Shown here: piece after piece, positions 14,390-22,300 of the stretch
Layout of the letters: each line of letters opens with the position of its first letter
How positions within the stretch are numbered: the first letter of the stretch is position 1
IMG/VR virus record: IMGVR_UViG_3300011402_000062
Coordinates: 1 to 26,319 of that record
DNA length: 26,319 bases
Source of the DNA: a virus
Taxonomy: Duplodnaviria > Caudoviricetes
Direction: 5' to 3' (one strand)
Translations under genes and position numbers: made by a program
Notes under the pieces: generated by a model
The model's database searches: none
What the model was told of the DNA's origin: nothing
The model's input: only the letters and a program-made list of their open reading frames with translations

Positions 14390-14473
14390 CCGGGGTTGGT
14401 GAAATAGGTAGACACGAGAGACTTAAAATCTCTTTCTCTCAGGAGAGTGTGGGTTCGATTCCCTCACCCCGGA
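14390..14473 (+). tRNA. trnL: tRNA-Leu (anticodon TAA)
   Basis: Acceptor stem CCGGGGT/ACCCCGG, D-arm GTGAAATAGGTAGACAC, anticodon arm AGAGA-CTTAAAA-TCTCT, long variable arm, T-loop TTCGATT, discriminator A. CCA is not encoded. Confidence 0.92.
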
Positions 14474-14536
14474 CTTGGTAGGGAAAGTCGGAAGTAAACT
14501 TGTTAGAAACAACAGGCTGATTAATAGGGAGAAACA

Positions 14537-14710
14537 ATGAGAAACAGTTTTGAGACGCTCGAATATGTCCCGTACATCATGGTAGATGCAGGTGACGAAA
14601 TCGTTGACGATGAAGATGACGACGACGATGACGACACTGAAGATGACGATGATGACGACGATGATGACGATGAAGATTCCGACGAAGAAGAAAAGAAAGA
14701 CGACAAGTAA
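14537..14710 (+). CDS. Hyper-acidic poly-Asp microprotein (57 aa), not in ORF track
   Basis: AGGGAG RBS. MRNSFETLEYVPYIMVDAGDEIVDDEDDDDDDDTEDDDDDDDDDDEDSDEEEKKDDK uses mixed GAT/GAC codons and is followed by a terminator-like hairpin. Confidence 0.75.
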   Translation: MRNSFETLEYVPYIMVDAGDEIVDDEDDDDDDDTEDDDDDDDDDDEDSDEEEKKDDK

Positions 14711-14718
14711 TTAATCCG

Positions 14719-14760
14719 GGGGAGTAGGTAGAAAGTTTATCTATCTACTCCCCATTCCTT
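14719..14760 (+). terminator. Terminator-like hairpin
   Basis: GGGGAGTAGGTAGA-AAGTTTA-TCTATCTACTCCCC followed by ATTCCTT. Confidence 0.6.
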
Positions 14761-14994
14761 ATGGAAAAAATAGAGCATTGGACTAAGGAAGTCTTAGATA
14801 CTGAGGAACTCTGGTATAAGTACGAAAAGCCCTCAGTACGTAAACTTGCTAAGGTTATAGGTAAGTCTAAGTCTTGGGTAGATAAGTCTCTTAGATTAGC
14901 TATAGCCTTACGCATTAATCCTAAATTAAGGGAACATAGAACAAGGCATACAGCCTATCGTTTTGCGTTAAAGAAAAGGAAGTTAAATAAATGA
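14761..14994 (+). CDS. Helix-turn-helix DNA-binding protein (ParB/KorB-HTH-like)
   Basis: SVRKLAKVIGKSKSWVDKSLRLA is an HTH pattern. Confidence 0.75.
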   Translation: MEKIEHWTKEVLDTEELWYKYEKPSVRKLAKVIGKSKSWVDKSLRLAIALRINPKLREHRTRHTAYRFALKKRKLNK

Positions 14995-15419
14995 ACATAT
15001 CAGTTCTTACTAATCCACGAGGCGCTAATTATCGCCAGCTGAACTCGTTGAAAAAGCTCATTTCTGAACTAAAGGATGGAGAAGTTGAGATTGGAACATT
15101 CGCGCATACGGGAGACAAACAGAACCAGTCGATACACTCTGTTGGAAAGGCGGCCGGGTTTAGTATCGTTATTCATCCTACTAAGTCTCCTGATATTTCT
15201 GATGGCCGCGTTCTACCTTCTGTTTCAAATACTGAAAGGAATCGCGCTCTCGTAGACAACGCGGAAGTAGTAATTGCAATTCCAATGGTAGTCTTTGAGT
15301 ATGAGGATAGCCCTCTATTCAAGACGGTGAATTACGCTATCTCTAGAGCTAAAGAAGTATACCTTCTCTCTCCGAGAGGGAATGTATATCAGGTCTGGTC
15401 TACTAAAGATTCTATCTAA
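14991..15419 (+). CDS. Diverged SLOG-superfamily (DprA/YspA-like) protein
   Basis: HTGD, IVIHP, RNRALVDNAEVVIAIP and TVNYA resemble the SLOG pattern. The Gly-rich motifs are degenerate. Confidence 0.6.
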   Translation: MNISVLTNPRGANYRQLNSLKKLISELKDGEVEIGTFAHTGDKQNQSIHSVGKAAGFSIVIHPTKSPDISDGRVLPSVSNTERNRALVDNAEVVIAIPMVVFEYEDSPLFKTVNYAISRAKEVYLLSPRGNVYQVWSTKDSI

Positions 15420-15433
15420 TAGAGTGAATTCAA

Positions 15434-17923
15434 GTGGATTACTGCCCCGGAACAGGGAATCTCCGTTCAAAAATCATGTTGATTGGCGATTGGGCCGGTC
15501 AATCTGAGATTAATCAAAAAGAATCTCTAGTAGGTGCTACTGGAGAGATTCTAGATAGAGTTTTCTCTGAAATAGGACAACCAGATTATCGTACTGAATT
15601 CTATTTCAGTAATGTCTACAAATATCATCCCGGTAATATCTACGGAGCATTAGATAAGAATGTATTAGCAGACTCTACCCGTAAGCTCTGGGCAGAGATA
15701 CAAGAGGTAAATCCAAATGTAATAGTTACGTTAGGAGAACTTCCCCTAAACGTAGTATGCGGTGTAAAAAAGGTAATGACCTATCGTGGTACGGTATTAC
15801 CTAACGATAAATTTGGCTATCTTCCTAAAGTAATTCCTACCATACATCCTTTGCATCTGGCAATGCCTACTAAGGCAAGCGGAGATTACTTCGAGACAAA
15901 GAAGCTATACAATGGAATATGGAGAACTATCCTTCAATTAGATTTAGCTAAAGCACTAGAAGAAGCCAAGACTAGAGAGTTCCATCCACCTGACAGATTA
16001 CTAAGAGTTGCAACTAGTTCGTTAGATGTAATTAGGTTCTTTAGAGAAAACAAAGGAAGGACACCGTATGCTGACGTGGAAACTTATAGGAGTACTCTTT
16101 GTAGCTGTCTTGGCATTAGTTTTGATAAATACGAAGGACTCTCAATCCCCCTCTTCCAAAAAGTAGGAGATATAAAGCTATGCGGAATACCACACTCAGA
16201 CCTCGCAAGAATATGGCAAGAAATACAAGAGCTATTCAATCGAGTAAAGATAGCCGGCCAAAACCTGAAGTTCGACCAAGCAAAATTGGAACTATTAGGT
16301 TTCCGAATGGCAGTACTTTCAGATGTTATGTTGAAGGCACACACAGTCAATTCAGAGCTGCCTGCCTTCAGTCTAAGTTTTTTGTCATCCATCTGGACAA
16401 AGGAACCATACTACAAAGACGAGGGAAAGGAATTCAATCCAGCGAAACACGACATACGGCGATTATTTTTATATAACGCTAAAGACTGCGTTGTAACTGC
16501 CGAGATTGACGAAGCTCTTGAGCTTGAATTGAGGGAGCTTAGTGATGAATACCATACTGATTTAGTAGGGTTCTATTACAACTATGTAGTTCCTCAGCAT
16601 CAGTTCTATTTTGACCTTGAAAAGGTCGGATTCAATATAGATGATGGAATGAGGAATTATCTAGTTATGAAGTATGAGACTTGGAGAGATATTCTTCAAG
16701 TAAAGTTAGACACGGCCGCCCAGCGCAATATAAACATTAATTCTCCTAAGCAAGTAAACGAGTTTCTCTACGGAACCCTTAGATTACCTCCTTCTTACAA
16801 TAAAAAGGGAAAGCTAAAGGGTGATGAGGATGCTATTGCCCAATTACTAAAGAATCGAGTCAAGAATGAGTCAAAAAGAGAAATCCTCAACTCTATCCTC
16901 GAATTTAGAAGAGTTAGTAAAACCCTTTCTACCTACTTGCTTTGTAAAAGAGATTACGACGGAAGGATACGTAGTCAATATCGAATTATTGGTACGGAGA
17001 CAGGACGTTCCAGCACTTCTATCCTTAGTGAACCAGTCAGGCCAGAAGACATTGGTCTTGCGTTTCAAACAATTACAAAACACGGAGACATTGGAAATGA
17101 CGTCCGCTCTTATCTTGTCCCCAGACCCGGATACGATTTAGTTAACGTAGATTTAGGTCAAGCAGAAGCGAGGGTAGTCTGTGTCCTCTGTAAAGATTGG
17201 GTCTTATTGGACGCTTTTGATTCGATTGACATTCATCGCAGGACTGCTTGGCTTGCTTTGGTATCTGGCATTCTTGACTTAAGTAAGGGAAAGCATGAAT
17301 CTGATGCTTTAGGTAAGGATTCAGCAGAGCGATTTATAGGTAAAAAGACTCGTCACGCTGGAAACTATAACATGAAATGGCGAGAGTTTATGTCTAACGT
17401 CATTTCTGATTGTAGAAGGTTCGGAATAGATTTCACAATATCAAGGTTCCTAGCTGAAAAGATATTAGAGCGATTCCATGCAGCTTCACCTAAGATTAGG
17501 GAAGTATTCCATGCTGAAATTAAGGACGCTATTGATACGAGTCGCGCTCTGGTTACTCCGTATGGCCGTCTCAGGAGATTTTACGATAGGGCTTCAGATA
17601 GATTGTATGGAGAAGCATTTGCTGACATACCGCAAGATACTGTTAAGCAAAGACTTACTAGAGCTGGATTTAAGATTAAGCAAGAGGCGCCCTCCGTATT
17701 ATTCTGTGGGGAAGCTCATGATTCTCTTACGATGCAAATACCGCGTGGAGAAGTAGTTGGGATTTGTAGGGAAGTAATAAGGCCCGCTCTAATGGAGCCT
17801 ATTGACTTCAATAACTGCACGTTGAAACGGGACTTCAAGTTAGTTATTCCATGTGATTTTGAGCATGGAGATAACTATAAAGATTTGGTCAAATTGGATG
17901 TCATGGATAAATCTGCTGCATGA
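15434..17923 (+). CDS. polA: Family A DNA polymerase with N-terminal UDG-like domain and 3'-5' exonuclease
   Basis: UDG-like LIGDWAG..E, NVYKYHP and TIHP. Exonuclease DVET, NLKFD and YNAKD. Polymerase TETGR, motif A DLGQAEAR, motif B RFIGKKTRHAGNY, motif C AHDSL. Confidence 0.93.
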   Translation: MDYCPGTGNLRSKIMLIGDWAGQSEINQKESLVGATGEILDRVFSEIGQPDYRTEFYFSNVYKYHPGNIYGALDKNVLADSTRKLWAEIQEVNPNVIVTLGELPLNVVCGVKKVMTYRGTVLPNDKFGYLPKVIPTIHPLHLAMPTKASGDYFETKKLYNGIWRTILQLDLAKALEEAKTREFHPPDRLLRVATSSLDVIRFFRENKGRTPYADVETYRSTLCSCLGISFDKYEGLSIPLFQKVGDIKLCGIPHSDLARIWQEIQELFNRVKIAGQNLKFDQAKLELLGFRMAVLSDVMLKAHTVNSELPAFSLSFLSSIWTKEPYYKDEGKEFNPAKHDIRRLFLYNAKDCVVTAEIDEALELELRELSDEYHTDLVGFYYNYVVPQHQFYFDLEKVGFNIDDGMRNYLVMKYETWRDILQVKLDTAAQRNININSPKQVNEFLYGTLRLPPSYNKKGKLKGDEDAIAQLLKNRVKNESKREILNSILEFRRVSKTLSTYLLCKRDYDGRIRSQYRIIGTETGRSSTSILSEPVRPEDIGLAFQTITKHGDIGNDVRSYLVPRPGYDLVNVDLGQAEARVVCVLCKDWVLLDAFDSIDIHRRTAWLALVSGILDLSKGKHESDALGKDSAERFIGKKTRHAGNYNMKWREFMSNVISDCRRFGIDFTISRFLAEKILERFHAASPKIREVFHAEIKDAIDTSRALVTPYGRLRRFYDRASDRLYGEAFADIPQDTVKQRLTRAGFKIKQEAPSVLFCGEAHDSLTMQIPRGEVVGICREVIRPALMEPIDFNNCTLKRDFKLVIPCDFEHGDNYKDLVKLDVMDKSAA

Positions 17924-19088
17924 AGCAACCTTGGATGCAGAAACACCAAGGTCATTTATTCTATGGAGTGGTATATGTTCAATTTCCGCGGTAGTTAGCC
18001 CAAACGTCTGGTTAAATAAGGCCGGAAAGTATCATTTATCTCCTAATATCTACTGCTTACTAGTAGCTAAAAGTGGATTAGGCAAGAGTTTGCCTATTTC
18101 TATGGCTAAGAAACTAGTAACAATGGTAGGTAATACTCGCGTAATCTCTGGAAGAAGCACTATTCAGAAGATTATCATGGACTTGAGTAAGAGTGAAACC
18201 GATGAAAAAACAGGAATTGCCAGATTCAAAGATGCTAGAGGGTTTATTGTCTCGGGTGAGTTTTCTGTATCAATGCAATCCGACACCGATTTATTCACAA
18301 TCCTCACAGATATTTATGATACTCACGCAAACGCTGACGGTTGGGTTAATTCTACTAAAGCAGGAGGAGCAGAGTACCTCAAAGCCCCTTGCGTCACTTT
18401 ATTTTCAGGAAGTAGTCCCGAACACTTTGAGGAGTTTGTTCCAAAAGTCAATATTGCTGGAGGATTTATCGGACGAACTCTTCTTATATATGAAGAAAAA
18501 CGATGGAGATTGAATCCTCTTGTAGATGAGGATATGGCCGATATTGACTTTGTTAAATTATCTTGTCATCTTAAAAAATTAAAGGATTTATCAGGTGGAT
18601 TTAAGTGGACTCCTACAGCAAAGAAGGTTTATATAGATTGGTATGAAGATTTTAGACCTCGTGACCATGATGATAAAACAGGAACAGCAGAGAGATTTCC
18701 TGACCATATCTTAAAAGTAGCTATGTGCCTGAGTTTAAGTAAGGGAGTAGAGCTAATCTTACGAGAAGAGGACATTTCTGAGGCACTTAAATTATGCATG
18801 AAATTAAGGCACTCTGTTAAGGTATTAACTTCGAGTTCTGGTAAGTCTAATACGGCCGCCCAGACTCGCGCTGCATTAGAATTAATCTTAAAGTCACCTG
18901 AAGGGAAGATTTCTAGGGAATATCTACTACAGAGAGGATTTGGAGACTTCAATTCTACTGAATTAGACCAGATTGTAGAGACTCTAATTCAGTCAGGCTT
19001 TATACAACAGACCGGAACTAAAGTAATTGTCTATGCTATTAGCGAACGTGGTAAACAAATCTGGCAAGAAGCTAAGGAGAAGTCATGA
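17898..19088 (+). CDS. DUF3987-like P-loop helicase with C-terminal winged helix
   Basis: PNIY.LLVAKSGLGKS (Walker A), LTDIYD, GGFIGR and H.LKVAM. Lies directly after polA. Start moved from 17853 to MSWINLL. Confidence 0.75.
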   Translation: MSWINLLHEATLDAETPRSFILWSGICSISAVVSPNVWLNKAGKYHLSPNIYCLLVAKSGLGKSLPISMAKKLVTMVGNTRVISGRSTIQKIIMDLSKSETDEKTGIARFKDARGFIVSGEFSVSMQSDTDLFTILTDIYDTHANADGWVNSTKAGGAEYLKAPCVTLFSGSSPEHFEEFVPKVNIAGGFIGRTLLIYEEKRWRLNPLVDEDMADIDFVKLSCHLKKLKDLSGGFKWTPTAKKVYIDWYEDFRPRDHDDKTGTAERFPDHILKVAMCLSLSKGVELILREEDISEALKLCMKLRHSVKVLTSSSGKSNTAAQTRAALELILKSPEGKISREYLLQRGFGDFNSTELDQIVETLIQSGFIQQTGTKVIVYAISERGKQIWQEAKEKS

Positions 19089-19309
19089 TTGGAATGGTCT
19101 CTAGAATTTTTCCGGGTAAAGGCTATGGATTTATTAAGACCGAAGAAAATGATGAGTTCTTCTTCCATATGAGCGCATTGAGAGGTATAGATTGGGATAA
19201 GCTAGTAGAACTCTGTAACAACAAAGAGGGGCCAATAGTGTACTTCAAAGAAATGAAGCACAATAGAGGCCCCAGAGCTATTAACGTAGAGCTAGTTCCT
19301 AACGGCTAA
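19085..19309 (+). CDS. Cold-shock domain protein
   Basis: KGYGFI (RNP1), FFFHMS (RNP2) and GPRAINV. AAGGAG RBS. Confidence 0.9.
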   Translation: MIGMVSRIFPGKGYGFIKTEENDEFFFHMSALRGIDWDKLVELCNNKEGPIVYFKEMKHNRGPRAINVELVPNG

Positions 19310-22300
19310 ATACTGGTTTTACGAAATCCAGAATATCCTCTCTAAAGGTTTGTTTACGCTTCTTATCGTAACCAGTCAAGCCCATTACATCTTCACCGAA
19401 TGTAGAGCGTTTTCTATCTTTGTTATACACATTCAGTCCGGTAAACGATGGAAGTAAGAAGAGTAACCTCTTGAAATCTGGGTCACTACTACCAAGGTCT
19501 TTCACAGCGTCGATGAAGTTTTCTGCAAACATTGGAAGCATCGAGTTAATAGCTTCAGCAGGAATATTATACGGCTTACCTGTATAAGGATTCTCCTGCC
19601 TTACTAATTTAGCTATGAAAGCTGCCTTTGGACTGGCTTTATTCTCAAAGAAAGAGCCAATCAATTCAGTAGCAGATTGACCAAATTCACTACTATAAAG
19701 GTGATGAGTTTTACCCTTAGTATCTACAACTCTACCTGTAGCTAGTCTATATGCTAAGGTAATTGCAGAACCCATACCTGACGTAGTATCTATGATTTGG
19801 TCTTCAAACTCTACTTTACCAAAGTTTGAGGCGGCTAGGTCATAAGTAGGCTTTCCTCCTAATTGTCTCAATCCTTCCATTAAAGCAACAGAAGATACCA
19901 TCCAAGTAGCTAGACTTCTTGCCCTCTGTTTTTGAGCAAATCTCTTTTCTTTAGCCCATTCTGATGGCATGAATAACTTACCGTAGTTAAACTTCTGAGC
20001 TGTAAGTCTTGGAGACCAAACTCCTAAACGTATGGTTTCTTCAGCCTTAACAAGCCCTTCAGTTAATGAACCATGACCTGCCATTTCATTAACAATAGCA
20101 CCGATACTCTTAGCTACTTTCGGGTCTGCTAGATTATCTCCTCGTTTAATAGCAGCCTTAGCCAAAATCTCTGCATTCCTAAACTTAATGTCATTTAAGA
20201 GCGCAAGAGCACCTCTATGAAATGGAAGAACTAAAGGAGACTTCTCTAATGTAGGATTACCATAGACCTTATTATTCTTCCTTCTTCTACCCGGTCTAAA
20301 TTGGTCTAATCCCAGCAATTCTAAGTCACCAATATGAACACCCATATCTTCAGTGATAATACTCCACCAAGGACTATCATATCTAGCCTTTTGCTGTCTA
20401 TCAAACTCAGCTTGGTCAAACATAGCCTTTAGTGTCTTTAGGCGGGACTTATAGAATGAAGCATGGCCCATAGAACCACGCCCCTGATTAAAGGCAAAGG
20501 ACATATCTCCAGTTGCTTTAGCTATATCCATTGACCTCCAAGTCCACTTAGTTAATTGGGCTAGAGTCTTATTGACAAACCCTTTAATCGGTGGTGCAAG
20601 CTCTGCTCCATACTGTTGAATATGCTCCCAAGGAATACCTGAGTACATATTCATTATCTCTTTTCGATACTGCTCAGGGAACAGATTAGATAGTAGATTC
20701 CTAGGTTCAGGAGCGATATACTTTCCTGCATTTAAGTCTCGAATAGCTATTCCTGCTCTAATAGCTTTATTCTCATCCCGACCCGGACCTGTATTGTAAT
20801 GCTTATCTGCTAAATCAATAAGCTGGTCAATCAGAGTTTGAGACATCTTTAGAGGCTTAAATGTAGGTGGAGCTTCAGCAGCACCTTTCATTATATTCAA
20901 TTTTGCAAGAAGACCAGCTTCTCCAGTAGCCTCTACATTGTGCATTTCAGCTAATTTATCAGCTCTCCATTCTCTTATACGAATCTCTCTAAGAGCTTCA
21001 GCAGACATATTATCTCTAAGTCTCTGCATGAACTGTCCGAGAGGCTGTTTCTTATATTCCTCACTAATTGGAACCTTACTTATTACTTCTCTTTCACCAA
21101 CAACCTTTCCAGCTTCTTTCTCAGCACTGAATCTCTTAGATAAATCGTTGAATATCTCTTTACCCTTGCTACCTAATCTATTAAGAATAGGCTCAAGAGG
21201 TTTAAGGTCGAATTGCTCTGCTACTGGAACTTCTGGCGCTCTTGTAGGAGCAACTCTTTCTGCAGTTTCAACATTAGGAACAACAGTAAACTGTGCATCC
21301 CCACCTCTAAGCTTAGTATAAGCAGCAGCCTTTGCTTCAGCTTCTTCTAAAGTATTCTTTCCTGAGATTGGCACTCCATCATCATCAATTACATGATATG
21401 CTGCCTTCTTCAATTCATCTAAGAGTTTCCTGCCTTTTTCAGACTTAGCAAGTTTCTCATAGAAGTCTTGTAAACCACCGAAACCACTACCTATGGTTGT
21501 TCCCTTCTTTTGGGGACCTTTATAACCATCCTTCTTTCTTATAACTTCTGGTCCGTGTTTACCCTTTTGAACTATAAGCTCTTCACCATAATAGAGTTGT
21601 TTTGCATTTGGAAATTCGTCTCCTACCTTAAAGAATTGCTCAACAGTTGGGAAGTCTCCCCAAGTTAACTCACCTCTTTCCATTCTAAAGTGAGCAGCCC
21701 CACGAGCATGAACCTCATATCCAAAAGTAGGTTCGTGCATAGTATCAGGTACTTCGTGATGTTGGGTCTTCTTGAAATGCACGGTATTTTCTGGGTCAGC
21801 ATATCCGATACCAGAAGGCAGAGTCTTATCTACAACAGACTCCTTAATATCGTACATGTCATCTTCCCATTTTTTATTTAATCTATCTACATGTTCTTGA
21901 GCTGCTGCCTTATCATCAAACTGCCTTGTTACTCTGTTATTCCATCTCTTATCAACTACGTTATAGCTGATTCCTCGATTCTCTTCTGGAATCTTACTTA
22001 TTCTTTTTTCTTCACGAAGTGCTTTTCCAGACCTAGCAGCTTTCTTAATAGCCTCTAGAGTCTTTTCTCCAACTTTTTTACCTACTCTACTACCAGATAC
22101 CTTATCAGCTATCTTTTCATAGAATGGCTGAATACTACCGAAGGCTCCACCTATAGTAGTTCCTCTACCTTCAGCTTTTTGAGCAGCATCCCAAGCTTCT
22201 TTACGAAGCTCCATGAAGATGTCTTGAATCTTTGATTTAGAACCTACAATATTACGTAGGTCTCCTTGAGCATCATTTGCTTTATTCCAAGTATCCCAAG

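Noticed and set aside
14521-14706. Minus-strand poly-Ser ORF in the track
   Set aside because: It is the antisense shadow of the + strand poly-Asp gene, which has the RBS, the terminator and the operon orientation.
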